A DNA stretch of 64,000 bases, from IMG/VR virus record IMGVR_UViG_3300042321_002027, one strand, 5' to 3'. A program made the position numbers and the translations under genes. The notes beneath the pieces were generated by a model. It was not told where the DNA came from, did no database searches, and worked only from the letters and a program-made list of their open reading frames with translations. Position 1 is the stretch's first letter, and each line of letters starts with the position of its first letter. This document shows, in pieces, positions 33,961 through 44,478 of this stretch. This DNA comes from a virus.

Positions 33961-34653
33961 TCAGTCATTATTCAACACATTCTTAAGTGAAGGAAACTTA
34001 TTCACGATCTGTTCCCAACATTCAGTTGCGATTAAACGATGTTCCTTCTGCGTTCCGTTTCCCATACGTAATTCACAGTAGTGGATCCATGAACGGAGTG
34101 ATCCTGACATATACATGCGTGACATAGTGAGACCTTCAGGAAGAACAGAACGAGCAACTTCCTTTGCGATACCATTCCTGATTGCCCATTCGTAAACTTC
34201 CATAGTCTCGTCAATCAATCTTTCTTGCATAGACTCCCACATATCAGGCACTTCATCGTCCTTATCTTTTGGAATCTCAATGCTATTTTGACGGTTCTTC
34301 TTATCTTGATAACGTGTTTCGCGCGGCTCAGACATTTCAGTAACAGCAGCATAACGCTGTGAAAACTCTTGAAACGAGAACGAGCGATGACGAAGGATTT
34401 GTCTTGCAATGTCGCGCGTGGTATTGATTTCCATAACTACATGCACCATCTCAAACGGTGACCAGTGCTTGTTCTTCACAAGATACTTGAGCAACTTTTC
34501 ACTATCTGGATTGTCCTGATTAGCAGGATTGGACACACGAGCACAATATGCAATAAAACTTTCAGCACTCATAAGATGGAACGTATCAGGTTTACCTTCT
34601 ACAGGCAGCTGAATGTTACAATGCGTCATCGCAATAAGTTTCACGTTACTCAT
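33961..34653 (-). CDS. thyX: flavin-dependent thymidylate synthase
   Basis: HWSPFE, RHRSFSFQEFSQRY. Confidence 0.95.
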   Translation of the reverse strand: MSNVKLIAMTHCNIQLPVEGKPDTFHLMSAESFIAYCARVSNPANQDNPDSEKLLKYLVKNKHWSPFEMVHVVMEINTTRDIARQILRHRSFSFQEFSQRYAAVTEMSEPRETRYQDKKNRQNSIEIPKDKDDEVPDMWESMQERLIDETMEVYEWAIRNGIAKEVARSVLPEGLTMSRMYMSGSLRSWIHYCELRMGNGTQKEHRLIATECWEQIVNKFPSLKNVLNND

Positions 34654-34657
34654 AATA

Positions 34658-34972
34658 TTATACTTCCTGATACGTTCTTACAAAAATGCTATCCTTGCAG
34701 GGATAAAACTCGCCAGCTACACCCTTGATAATCCAGTCGCCATCATCAGCAGTCATACGACCTTCGAGTGTGTCGATCCAAATAGTGGGAGGGCTAGTTT
34801 GCCAACCAACAGTAGCACTATTCATCCAATCAACGATCGGCTGTACAGTCTCAGGTCCGTCAATTTGCATAGCCTCAATAGCCACAGGTTTCTTTCTAAA
34901 GGTTCTTGGTGTCATAATATCCTCATATTGTATAAGCACTGATTCTCCAAGCATCTGGAGAATCCCATCCAT
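34658..34972 (-). CDS. conserved phage protein (PGDYG-like); start probably near 34915
   Basis: RKKPV.IEA.Q, TLEG.M....GDWIIKGV.GEFYPCK. Confidence 0.75.
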   Translation of the reverse strand: MDGILQMLGESVLIQYEDIMTPRTFRKKPVAIEAMQIDGPETVQPIVDWMNSATVGWQTSPPTIWIDTLEGRMTADDGDWIIKGVAGEFYPCKDSIFVRTYQEV

Positions 34973-35186
34973 GTTTCTTTATGTATTCATTCTTGGCAAC
35001 AATCTCTGCATCAATCTTTGACTTGGCTCTAACCTCAAATGTATCAGCCTTGCCCTTCTCATACTTGATAGGAGTAAGGTTGACCTTATACATCTTTGAG
35101 CCCTTCATCTTCTGCTTTACGACCTTGAGATAGTCAACAGGCTTATTGTGCCAAATGTCTTCCATTTCAGCCTTGGTAATCATCAT
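34923..35186 (-). CDS. hypothetical protein
   Basis: ORF track. Confidence 0.55.
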   Translation of the reverse strand: MMITKAEMEDIWHNKPVDYLKVVKQKMKGSKMYKVNLTPIKYEKGKADTFEVRAKSKIDAEIVAKNEYIKKHGWDSPDAWRISAYTI

Positions 35187-35419
35187 TTGTTTCCCTTTAC
35201 AAAAGCATTATTCAATGAAACAACATAACTGGCATGCTCAAGGCTACCACCAACCATAGTAAACAAACATTTACCATTTTTGTCAACAATAGCAATATCC
35301 TGATTGTTGAGATCACCACCCCAATCCATGCGAATAGACCACGGACGATCACCGTCTGCACGGCTCGCCAGCGTTTTCATTCGTTGTTCGTCGTGATAGT
35401 CCATTATACTTTGCTCCAT
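35183..35419 (-). CDS. hypothetical protein
   Basis: ORF track. Confidence 0.5.
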   Translation of the reverse strand: MEQSIMDYHDEQRMKTLASRADGDRPWSIRMDWGGDLNNQDIAIVDKNGKCLFTMVGGSLEHASYVVSLNNAFVKGNK

Positions 35420-36426
35420 TTGGTCAATGCCAGTTTCGCAGCTAGATCTCGATAAGTGTTATTATCGATAATGTGATTAATAAAATCCGGAGAAAGACCA
35501 GCAAGGACCATGTCGTTAACATCCTTGTGTTCTAGATTCTCTGGCCATATACACACATTATACCCGTTCATAATACTTTTGTCAAGCTTTTTTATTGTCT
35601 CTCTTGATCTTGGTTCATTATCATAAACAATAACAAGTTTGCTCTTATCAAAGTTTTTAAGAACAGGAATCATCTCTCCACCAGCTACCGCAATTGAATT
35701 AGGAACAAACATAGAATCGATCGGTCCTTCAAAAGCATACGTTTTTCTCATAAGGTCAACAGTGTCTAAACCATAGACCTTCGGAGAAGTGTCGTTCAAT
35801 ACGATGGTGATATACTTAGTTTTTGACGATCTTAAGGAACGCCCTTGGAAGGCAAATAAGTTTTTATTTTTGTCTAAGAAAGGAATCAAAAGCCTTTGTT
35901 CGTCATGCTTTAGTGCGTCATTCTCAAACTTATTAGGTAGTATTCCATTAACGAATGACATAAAATTAGGACATGCAAAAAGTTTCGCATGGTAAGGATT
36001 TGGAATTTTTCTTAGATCAACAAACTTCTTGATAGGATGATCTGGTGATAGCTGACTAACCTTCTTCAATCCCTTCAACGGTCCACTCTTCATGAACACA
36101 GGCTTCTTCATTTTTTCGATGAACTCTTCGTACTCTCTCTGCTCAGGAGTTTTCTTATCCTGTAGCTTCTCAAGTTGCATCTCATTATAGAGATTCAGAT
36201 CGATCATCTTAATAAAATTAGGCACAGATGAACTTGCCCCACAGTTGTGACAGTGGAACGACATCTTACCTTGCTTTTCGTAGATATATCCGCGAGCTTT
36301 ACTCTTGCTAGACTCTGAGTCTCCGCAAATTGGACACCTAAAGTTATAAAGAGTCGGTCCCTTGCGCTTAAACTTCTCTAATCGAGTAGAAACAATACCA
36401 ATATATTTGTGCTGCAGCCAATCCAT
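35404..36426 (-). CDS. 61: DNA primase (T4 gp61)
   Basis: NFRCPICGDS, CHNC, FQGR, EGPIDS, DNEPR, KD.NDM. Confidence 0.95.
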   Translation of the reverse strand: MDWLQHKYIGIVSTRLEKFKRKGPTLYNFRCPICGDSESSKSKARGYIYEKQGKMSFHCHNCGASSSVPNFIKMIDLNLYNEMQLEKLQDKKTPEQREYEEFIEKMKKPVFMKSGPLKGLKKVSQLSPDHPIKKFVDLRKIPNPYHAKLFACPNFMSFVNGILPNKFENDALKHDEQRLLIPFLDKNKNLFAFQGRSLRSSKTKYITIVLNDTSPKVYGLDTVDLMRKTYAFEGPIDSMFVPNSIAVAGGEMIPVLKNFDKSKLVIVYDNEPRSRETIKKLDKSIMNGYNVCIWPENLEHKDVNDMVLAGLSPDFINHIIDNNTYRDLAAKLALTKWSKV

Positions 36427-36490
36427 AGTGTACTCTCATCATCAAAACCACACTAGTGATTATACTGTCTTTTTAATAAATGTCAAACAG

Positions 36491-36895
36491 TTATTTACCA
36501 AAAACTTCAATTATTTTTGGACCATATGTAATTAAAAATATTACAACGCTGAATCCACCAAGATAAGTCCATATAATTTTTTCAACAGCTGTCATTTTAT
36601 CAGAAAGAGCTTTATGTTGATCTTTCTGCTCTTTTCTCATTTTTTCTAGTTCTTCTAAAATTTTTGTATCTTCTACTCTCATGACATCATACACGTGTTG
36701 AATTTTTTTATCATATTCTTCTCTGCGTTTCTCTACCATGTCTTCTATTAAGCCCATGCTTCTTTCTTGTTGAGAAAGTCTCTGCTCTTGCACGGCAAGC
36801 ATTTTGTTTAAATCTGCAGAAATCTCTGTTAGCTTATCGATCGCATCTTCTATGCGACTCTGTCTTTTTTCCATATGTTCTATATCAGATACCAT
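36491..36895 (-). CDS. coiled-coil protein with C-terminal transmembrane helix
   Basis: heptad pattern; IIWTYLGGFSVVIFLI. Confidence 0.65.
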   Translation of the reverse strand: MVSDIEHMEKRQSRIEDAIDKLTEISADLNKMLAVQEQRLSQQERSMGLIEDMVEKRREEYDKKIQHVYDVMRVEDTKILEELEKMRKEQKDQHKALSDKMTAVEKIIWTYLGGFSVVIFLITYGPKIIEVFGK

Positions 36896-37036
36896 GGCTC
36901 TTTTCCTTACCTAGCTCTTTTTTAGGACCAGTTATTCTTCTGAGAGGTTTGGCTGTAAGGAGTTTTTCAGGCATTGCAATGTTTCCTCCACCTAGAGGAG
37001 AAGATGCGCCCATAGCATTTGCAATTTCTTCGTTCA

Positions 37037-37429
37037 TTAAACCTTCCTTAATTTTTTTACAATAACTGGGTCCATCTCAATTAAATCGGTATCTACAATC
37101 AAATCATCATCAACGTTATATATTTTATCTGGTAGCAAATTTAACAAAATTAAGAAGGGTTTTATAAATTTCATTTGCAGTTTTAGTTTTAGGTACAATA
37201 TTTTACATAAAATATCCGGACCAAAACAATTATTTAAAACAATAATATGATTAAGTATCAATCTTTCCTTTAAGTCGCCATTCTCAACATATCTAGTAAT
37301 TAATTTTTTTATATATTTAATTCTGTTTAAATCTTCTACAAATTCTTCAGTAGAAACATATCGAGAATTATCATAATGTTGAGCGCAAAATAGTAAAAAG
37401 TTATGATCTGTCAGTTTTTCATTGTTCAT
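37037..37429 (-). CDS. conserved T4-like phage hypothetical protein
   Basis: EF.EDL.R.KYIK.L, ERLILNHII.L.N.FG. Confidence 0.75.
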   Translation of the reverse strand: MNNEKLTDHNFLLFCAQHYDNSRYVSTEEFVEDLNRIKYIKKLITRYVENGDLKERLILNHIIVLNNCFGPDILCKILYLKLKLQMKFIKPFLILLNLLPDKIYNVDDDLIVDTDLIEMDPVIVKKLRKV

Positions 37430-37435
37430 TTAATA

Positions 37436-37933
37436 TTAATAATACGTTGCTGCATATTTAAGTAAAACGTTAGATGTTGCTGCCGAGTCTCTTCTCAAGA
37501 AAAGAGTTACTACTCCAGTAGACAAATTTACTGATGGGGTAGAATCAAATCTTATTTTGTTCGAACCAACGTCTGCTACACTAACCGATGAACATGCATC
37601 AGTGCTATTAGCTGAACAAAAAATTTCACCAGTCGTAATATCACCTGATGTGACATCAACCGCATGAAATTTCACATCAGCTGCGTCTGTGTTGAAAGTA
37701 AAGAAGGCAACAGGAGTTGTGCCATCTGAAGTAATTGTCACGCTATTACTTACTATTGTTGAATTAGGAACAACAACAGGCAATAGCGTGGCAATTGAGT
37801 TTGCTAAATTACCAGCAGTAATAGTTCTTACGCTTGCATTAGATGCAGGACTTCGGAGGATCAAAATCCTATCAGTACTTGCTGCATTAGTAGTAGTCGG
37901 TAGTTCCGATACTTTTTTACTATTATCTGCCAT
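37436..37933 (-). CDS. putative virion structural protein
   Basis: KVSELP...A...D N-terminus; Ser/Thr-rich. Confidence 0.55.
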   Translation of the reverse strand: MADNSKKVSELPTTTNAASTDRILILRSPASNASVRTITAGNLANSIATLLPVVVPNSTIVSNSVTITSDGTTPVAFFTFNTDAADVKFHAVDVTSGDITTGEIFCSANSTDACSSVSVADVGSNKIRFDSTPSVNLSTGVVTLFLRRDSAATSNVLLKYAATYY

Positions 37934-37951
37934 AATTATTATACCAATCTA

Positions 37952-38944
37952 TTATGAATCGTGTAGAACTGTGTCGTCAGCACCATCAGCTGTTGTAGCT
38001 GGAGTACCAAAGGCAGCTGTTTGAGCACCAAGAGATCCCATGGCTACCAATGTTTCCATTTGAACACGACCAGCGCGACCACCAGTGCCTTCTGTACGAA
38101 GAACCCAACCAGCGTGAGCAGCGCCCTGACGCTTTGCACCAGTTACGATGACAAGACCAGTAGCAGTGTCGCCGCGAATTGTGTGAGTTTCTCCAGAAAC
38201 AGTTACTCGGGTGTCAACAATGTTAACATTTGCACCACCAGCAGATTCTGAAAGAGCAATTGTAGATGTATTAGCAAAAGAAACATAATAAAAAGTATTA
38301 CCAGTTAGAGGAGCGATTGGTGTGTTAGCTGTTGGAACAGAATAGAACAAACGATCGCCAACCTGCAATCTAGAGTTGGCAGTAGAAACAACCAATGTGT
38401 CAGTTGTGTTACTGAAACCAGCTGAGTTTGCAGTGATGTTAATTGCAGCAGGAGCAGCAATAGTGATTGCTGGTGTTTCAGCGATGCCAGTGATTGACTG
38501 GTTTGAAGTTAATGCAGTTACGCGACCAAGAACAACAGTAGCATTAGCAGCTGAAGTGTTAGTTACGCCATTGGCAAAAGTAATAGTGACAGCGGCTGCA
38601 GTGTTTGATGCATAACCAGAACCAGATCCTGTTACACGCCAAATACCGTTTGTTGAACCAGTTGTTAAGCCCATTTCTGCTGCGTCAACACCGAAAACAC
38701 CGACAGCCTGTCCTGGAATGTAAGCATTTAAAGTAGTATTTAAATACATACTTACATCAACGTTGGCTCTAGAGCCATCTGATGTGTTACCGAAGTGAGC
38801 GTTAGCACCATCGACGCGAACTGAAGAGTTACCGCCTCCAGACTTAACTAAAGCATGAGTACCGATTGGTGCTCCATTTGATGATTCAACAGTAGTAGTG
38901 CTATTAGCAGTTACTGCTTGATCGTTTCTACCCCATAATGGCAT
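37952..38944 (-). CDS. putative virion structural protein
   Basis: MPLWG N-terminus, HAGWV....G.GGRAGRV..ETLVAM C-terminus. Confidence 0.7.
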   Translation of the reverse strand: MPLWGRNDQAVTANSTTTVESSNGAPIGTHALVKSGGGNSSVRVDGANAHFGNTSDGSRANVDVSMYLNTTLNAYIPGQAVGVFGVDAAEMGLTTGSTNGIWRVTGSGSGYASNTAAAVTITFANGVTNTSAANATVVLGRVTALTSNQSITGIAETPAITIAAPAAINITANSAGFSNTTDTLVVSTANSRLQVGDRLFYSVPTANTPIAPLTGNTFYYVSFANTSTIALSESAGGANVNIVDTRVTVSGETHTIRGDTATGLVIVTGAKRQGAAHAGWVLRTEGTGGRAGRVQMETLVAMGSLGAQTAAFGTPATTADGADDTVLHDS

Positions 38945-38988
38945 TTCTTATTTCCTCCTAGTGAGATAATTTCTTTGTATTTATTAGT

Positions 38989-39291
38989 TTAAAAATCTTC
39001 AATCATGTCTCTTAAATAATGAGATTTTGTATTAATACGCCTTATTAATTCACCATCTTCTTTATGACGATATTTTTGTTCTTCTGGCGCAACAACTTCT
39101 ACTATTTCTTCGACTAACTTTTCTTTAGCTTCTACTATTTCTTCGACTAACTTTTTTTTAGCCAGCTTTTCTTTAGCTTCTTTCTTGATAGAATCTAGTG
39201 TGGATGGTCGACCATCCACACTAGGAGCAGCTACACTTATTATTGGCTTTTGATGCGCCTTAATAATTATATTTCTGGCATTAATAGGCAT
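38989..39291 (-). CDS. hypothetical protein with internal tandem repeat
   Basis: KLVEEIVE twice. Confidence 0.55.
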   Translation of the reverse strand: MPINARNIIIKAHQKPIISVAAPSVDGRPSTLDSIKKEAKEKLAKKKLVEEIVEAKEKLVEEIVEVVAPEEQKYRHKEDGELIRRINTKSHYLRDMIEDF

Positions 39292-41678
39292 TAGATTTTT
39301 GGTAATGTAATCTTATTTGTGTTTGCTGGATCAAGAGACTTACCAGAATGTTTTTCAACGAATGCCTTAGTCATAGATTCCTTATGAGCTGGCTTTTCTG
39401 TACCGTGGAAAGCCTTATAGAAATCATTAGCAGCCTTTTGTGGTGCAGAGAATTCCATAGTTTTTGGTGTTGATACAGTTTTGCCATCAACCTTTGATGT
39501 TGTATAACCAGTGATGTGTTTTAGTTTGTAGTTGCCTTTGCCGTCAGAAAGACCAAGCTTTTCAGCATTTCTGATTTGATCAACAACGTGTGTTACACCA
39601 CCAGTTGTACCGCTACCAGAACCATGCTTAGAACCAGACTTACTGCCCTTTGGACGACCACGACCACGCCTTGCTTCTTCTTCAGCAATAGCTTCGTCAG
39701 TCAATGTTCCTGATCTGCTAGCTGTAGAACCAAAAGCATTTGGTGAATAATCATCTGGAGTTGGAGCAACTGGACCTTCAAGGATAGCAGCCATGTGTGC
39801 TAGTTCTGCTTCAGAAAATTCAACTTCTTCTTTAAACCTGTCATACGCCTGATTTGCTACTTGTTGATTCTTTTTGGCATTTTTTACATCACCATCATCA
39901 GCCGCTTTCATTAGACGGTCCACAGCTCTTTTCTGAACTTTGCCAAGAAGTTTCTGACCTTTCTTGCCCTGATAGCCTTTAAGTTCATCAATCTGTTCAA
40001 CTTCTTCCTGTACTGTCATAAAGTGAGTAACGTGAGCTTTACCACCCTTCATATGAATAGAGTGAACCTGACTCTCAATTCCGTCGTTGTGTGTAACGAA
40101 GTGCTTACCATCCTGCTTATCAAATGTAACAGTACCCTTGCCCCACATTTTCTTTACGTGATTGGCAATTGCCTTCTTGTGCTCAGCTGGTAAACCACCA
40201 GCAGCTTCGTCGATGTATTCAACTTCTTCGTTCTTCAATGCGATAGAGCTTTTTCCAGTATTCTGATATACCTTTGATTCTGGTTTCTTATAACCAGCAA
40301 CAGCATCAGCAACCTTGGCAATTCCTTGACCATAAGCAGCGCCAACTCCCTTGGCAATCGCCTCAACGCTTCTTAATCCGCCTGCACGATTTGCTGCATC
40401 TTTTGCAGAGTCAATCATGCTGCGCTGACGAGATCCTGGCTCACCAATTTCTTTATTTGTTTCGCGCTCACGTTCCATTGATTTTGCTACATCAGCAGGA
40501 AGATCGCCCTTTGGTGATGGTCCTTCTTCCTTTTCTTTCTTTGGTTTTGCATAAGAAGGAGCTTTAATTCTCATTGAAGAAGGAGAAGTTACATCTTCCT
40601 TCATTGCATCAGCAATTTTCTTACGACGATTGTGTAGGTAGCTATCGGTTTTATCCTTGTCGCCATCGTTGTCGATGTCTTCATCTTCCTTGCCAACTGG
40701 ATCAAGTTTCTTTGCTTTCTTAGCTGCTTCGAAAATGTTTGATGTGTTTAGTGATTGAAGCTTCATGAAGGCTTCGATAAGCTTATTTGACATTTCTGTT
40801 GACTCCATTCTGTCTCTATTGTAGTTTAAACGACGTTTTAATTCTTCTTCTCTTTTAGCTCTTTCGACAGCATCAGGATTTGTCATAAGTGTAAATCCTG
40901 TTTTACCTCCTGAAAAATTTGGAGCAGCTGGTTTAACACTGCTGCTGCCAGCTACACTGCTGCTGCCAGGTTCTCTTGCCATTATTCTAGAAGTTGTTCG
41001 GTCATTCAAAGCTTTTGCACCAATAGGATTTTCTCTTCTCATTTTATTAAAGCCTTCTTGGCGTTTCATATGAGATAAAGTTTGATCGCCTACGATGCCA
41101 TCAACTTTTAAATTATATTTTTTTTGATAATCCATAACAGCTTTTCTGGTGTTATCACCATATTGTTTGTCTGCTTTGATTCCAAGTTGTCTTTGAACAT
41201 ATGAAACTTGATCGCCGCTTGAACCAACTCTTAGATTGCTAGTAGAAGTTCCAACTTTCATCTGTGGTGTAGAAGTGTCGAACTTTTTATACTGAGACTC
41301 ATAATTAGAAGCGGCAGTTGTCGGATTTTGATTAGCCTTATACATGTCACCAGCTGCAGCTGCTTGTGTTACAATAGGCTGAGTCATCTGCGAAGAACCA
41401 GAAGTTGCTGCTGCTGGCGCGCTTGCTGCAGGAGGAGCTGCTGATTGTTTATATCTATCAACTCCAAGGTTTGCAAAATTTGAACCTGTTTTAGTCAAAT
41501 CTGCCATTGATTTTTGTACACTTAATCCAGTTGCATCATATCCGGTGCCGCTAGCATTAACACGTTCGCCGCTAATTGGCATAGGACCTTGTTGTTTAAT
41601 TGGAGTTACTCTTCTAGTTAAATCTTCATGCAACTTCAAAAATGATTCAATTAGTGGATTTTTAGTTTCTTTGCTCAT
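39291..41678 (-). CDS. large low-complexity protein with peptidoglycan-binding domain; probable head-internal protein
   Basis: L..GS.G..V..VQ..L...D...G..T..AV..YQ....L.VDGIVG.QT; many Glu-rich linkers. Confidence 0.65.
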   Translation of the reverse strand: MSKETKNPLIESFLKLHEDLTRRVTPIKQQGPMPISGERVNASGTGYDATGLSVQKSMADLTKTGSNFANLGVDRYKQSAAPPAASAPAAATSGSSQMTQPIVTQAAAAGDMYKANQNPTTAASNYESQYKKFDTSTPQMKVGTSTSNLRVGSSGDQVSYVQRQLGIKADKQYGDNTRKAVMDYQKKYNLKVDGIVGDQTLSHMKRQEGFNKMRRENPIGAKALNDRTTSRIMAREPGSSSVAGSSSVKPAAPNFSGGKTGFTLMTNPDAVERAKREEELKRRLNYNRDRMESTEMSNKLIEAFMKLQSLNTSNIFEAAKKAKKLDPVGKEDEDIDNDGDKDKTDSYLHNRRKKIADAMKEDVTSPSSMRIKAPSYAKPKKEKEEGPSPKGDLPADVAKSMERERETNKEIGEPGSRQRSMIDSAKDAANRAGGLRSVEAIAKGVGAAYGQGIAKVADAVAGYKKPESKVYQNTGKSSIALKNEEVEYIDEAAGGLPAEHKKAIANHVKKMWGKGTVTFDKQDGKHFVTHNDGIESQVHSIHMKGGKAHVTHFMTVQEEVEQIDELKGYQGKKGQKLLGKVQKRAVDRLMKAADDGDVKNAKKNQQVANQAYDRFKEEVEFSEAELAHMAAILEGPVAPTPDDYSPNAFGSTASRSGTLTDEAIAEEEARRGRGRPKGSKSGSKHGSGSGTTGGVTHVVDQIRNAEKLGLSDGKGNYKLKHITGYTTSKVDGKTVSTPKTMEFSAPQKAANDFYKAFHGTEKPAHKESMTKAFVEKHSGKSLDPANTNKITLPKI

Positions 41679-41679
41679 A

Positions 41680-43614
41680 TCAGTTCTCGTCTAATTCTGG
41701 GTGTTTAAGTTTAGGTTTTAAAATTACTGTTGAATCTTTTTTGTCAGCAATTACTTTACGAACAATGTTAGCTCTTTTAACATTTTCGTCAATAATTTTC
41801 TGCTTTATCTCAGCTTGTTTAGTTACTCTAGTTTTTCCACCAGGACGTGCAACGTTTTCTATATATCTACGAACGTTGTCGGCGTCATTGGATTCACCGA
41901 AATTGACATAATCCTGAGCATAGTGCAAATAAGGTTTTGAAGGAACATTACCTTGTAGACCAGAAATTGTTTGTGGATTGATTCCTGGAATTGAAAGACT
42001 GAAAGGCATACGTTTTCTGTTTTGTTGTTTTTCTTCTTTTTTTCTATTTTGCTCTTTTTTCTTATTTTGATTCGCTAGATTTTCTGATGCTTTAGCTGCA
42101 GCTGCATTTACTGCAGTTTGTTTTGCAAGAGCGGGTTGTGCAGCCACATCTGCAGAAGGTGAAACTGCTGTTTGACCAACAGGTTTTGTAACTGCAGCCG
42201 TTTGTTGTCCTGGAGTTGCAACAGTTTGTGGTGCAGCAGCTGGCTTTGTTACTCTGTATGGAACAACATCCGGAGGTGTATCTCTTTTAGGTGCTGGAGG
42301 CGTTACAGGTTCAGGAATTTTTGGCGCAGGTGTGACATGCGGAGGAGTTTCTACTTCTCTTTGCGGTTTCGATGGAGCTGGTCTCCAAGGCACATTTCTA
42401 CGATCTGGTCCTTTTTCTCTTCTTATAGGAGCTCTTTGTGGTGGACCAGAAGGTTTTGGAGTAGGAGGCTCTATTTTAGGTACAGCTGCTCCTGTTGGTT
42501 TTAATTGAACCACAGAAGGTTGATCGCCACCAAGTTTCATAGAAGTACCACCATCTCCTTTTGGCATAGGAACAACGTTTACACCTGAAACGTCAGAAAG
42601 CGTTTCGGGTTTTTTCTCTGCCTTTGGACCAGTTGGACCTCTTGGTCCAGTTGGTGGAGCTGCAGGTGCTGCAGGCGCAGGGCTAACACCCAAACGATCA
42701 TCATGTCTTCTTAGTTTTGTAGAAGCAGAAGAAGATGGTTCTCTTGCTGAAATCGACACTCTCGCGCCAGTTTGTCTTGCATTAATAGTTCTTTGCTGAG
42801 CAAAAGGTTGATATGTTGCCTTGCTTTTATCAGCTGGTGGTTTAATCTCTGCTGTTGGTGTTTCTGTTTTAGGAACTTCAACTTTTGGAGCTGTCTCTGC
42901 TTTAGGAACTTCAACTTTTGGAGCTGTTTCTGGCTTTGGAAGCATTTTAGCTTGGTCTGCTTGTTTTAAAACTTTGTTACCAAATCTACCCAATAACGCA
43001 CCACCTGCCAATGGCAAAGCTACTCCAGTAGCAAATTCTTTTGCTGCTTTTAGACCTTCGCCTCTTTTAGCTAATTCTCTAGCATCCATATAACTTCCAG
43101 CAATATCAGTTGCTCCAAAAGTTAATGCGCTGGCAGCCTTACCTATCTTTTCAACTCTTTCTCTTGCTTCTTTTCCACCACCATAAATTTTTTCAATTGC
43201 TGAAGAAAGTTTTTCTGTAGGTAATGGTTCTCTGCTAGTAATTTCGCCAGTAGGTTTCATACCTGCAGGTAAATTACCACCAACGACTTTATCTTTATCG
43301 CTTTTCTTTTTAGTAGTTGTTTCTGAGGCAGGATCCCAAGATTCTCCTTCCTCTTCTTCTTTCTTTTTTGTTTGTTCTTCTATATTTTCTTCACTCTTCA
43401 AACCATGTTGAACTTTATCTTCGCCACGTTGAGCTAAAATTGTTGCTGTTTTCTTAGTTCCAGGATGTTCTTCTCCCTTTGGTGGAGAAATAACACCAAC
43501 TGGCTTTAGAAAAGAACGTGGAGTTCCTTCTGGTTTATCTTTTCCAGAAATACCAATAGATTCTTTTACTATATTTCTAATAGCATGCTCTAAGCTTGTG
43601 TATTTCTTATCCAT
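41680..43614 (-). CDS. large Pro/Ala/Lys-rich protein, probable head-internal protein
   Basis: low complexity; PK.ETAPKVEV repeat. Confidence 0.6.
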   Translation of the reverse strand: MDKKYTSLEHAIRNIVKESIGISGKDKPEGTPRSFLKPVGVISPPKGEEHPGTKKTATILAQRGEDKVQHGLKSEENIEEQTKKKEEEEGESWDPASETTTKKKSDKDKVVGGNLPAGMKPTGEITSREPLPTEKLSSAIEKIYGGGKEARERVEKIGKAASALTFGATDIAGSYMDARELAKRGEGLKAAKEFATGVALPLAGGALLGRFGNKVLKQADQAKMLPKPETAPKVEVPKAETAPKVEVPKTETPTAEIKPPADKSKATYQPFAQQRTINARQTGARVSISAREPSSSASTKLRRHDDRLGVSPAPAAPAAPPTGPRGPTGPKAEKKPETLSDVSGVNVVPMPKGDGGTSMKLGGDQPSVVQLKPTGAAVPKIEPPTPKPSGPPQRAPIRREKGPDRRNVPWRPAPSKPQREVETPPHVTPAPKIPEPVTPPAPKRDTPPDVVPYRVTKPAAAPQTVATPGQQTAAVTKPVGQTAVSPSADVAAQPALAKQTAVNAAAAKASENLANQNKKKEQNRKKEEKQQNRKRMPFSLSIPGINPQTISGLQGNVPSKPYLHYAQDYVNFGESNDADNVRRYIENVARPGGKTRVTKQAEIKQKIIDENVKRANIVRKVIADKKDSTVILKPKLKHPELDEN

Positions 43615-44072
43615 TAGCTTTTACCTTTTGCTATAGCTCTTAACATCCAACCATGTTTTTCATGGATGTCGATGCGCTCTTCTATAAAATTTACTATACC
43701 AATCTTATTTGCTTTTTCAGCTTGCTCGTGAGCAGTTGTCAAAGAAGCTAAAACTTTCTTATTGTCTTCTTCAAGTTTACGGACCATGTTTATAGCGGTT
43801 GGGATATTTACTTCGTCTGAAATAGTTGCTAACTGGTAAAAACGACCGAAAGATGCTGGTGCATATTCATCTAGTGTACGGATGTGTTCAGCAACCAAGT
43901 CTGTTGCTAACCATGCTTCATTATACAAAGTAGCGAAGAATGCGTGATAGTCGTTAAAGTTTTCACCCTCAACATTCCAATGATAGTTGTGTGCTTTAAG
44001 ATAGAACGCAAAAGTATCTGCTAGAACCACTTTCAACGAATCTGCTAGTGTATTATTCTTTTCTTTAGCCAT
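43614..44072 (-). CDS. dps: Dps-family ferritin-like protein
   Basis: HNYHWNV.G..F...H, D..AE, HEK..WML. Confidence 0.9.
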   Translation of the reverse strand: MAKEKNNTLADSLKVVLADTFAFYLKAHNYHWNVEGENFNDYHAFFATLYNEAWLATDLVAEHIRTLDEYAPASFGRFYQLATISDEVNIPTAINMVRKLEEDNKKVLASLTTAHEQAEKANKIGIVNFIEERIDIHEKHGWMLRAIAKGKS

Positions 44073-44073
44073 A

Positions 44074-44478
44074 TTAATCTCCTCTCATAGAAATCAAATC
44101 ATTTTTAGGTTTCTTGTAAATCGTAGTATTGTTCTTTGGTGGCAAAAGATTGCCCTTACTACTTCTTTCAACATCAACCGTTCCAGGAAGAGAAGTTTTT
44201 TGCTTTTTTATTTCTTGTTTCTCGCGATTAGCTTGTTCCCAATCAAGTTCTTGTTGGCTAGAAGCTGGCTTTGCGCCAAATCCCCATGTATATGCAGCAT
44301 AAGGTCTAATAGAATTATCTACTCCTTTTTGATAACTATCTGAAGAAAAGGGCGAAAAAGGAAAATTAGCTAAGTCATAATCTAATGTGTTTAATTTCGA
44401 CTTAGTTTCTTTCTTATCGTTAGAAACGAAACCTTTCGCTGGCATATCTTCTTTAAAAAATTGCTTGAAACTTTTCAT
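44074..44478 (-). CDS. hypothetical protein with capsid-targeting-like N-terminus
   Basis: MKSFKQFFKE. Confidence 0.6.
   Translation of the reverse strand: MKSFKQFFKEDMPAKGFVSNDKKETKSKLNTLDYDLANFPFSPFSSDSYQKGVDNSIRPYAAYTWGFGAKPASSQQELDWEQANREKQEIKKQKTSLPGTVDVERSSKGNLLPPKNNTTIYKKPKNDLISMRGD

Noticed and set aside
42855-42932. 33-bp tandem repeats in coding DNA (also near 39095-39155)
   Set aside because: Simple in-frame duplications in low-complexity linkers
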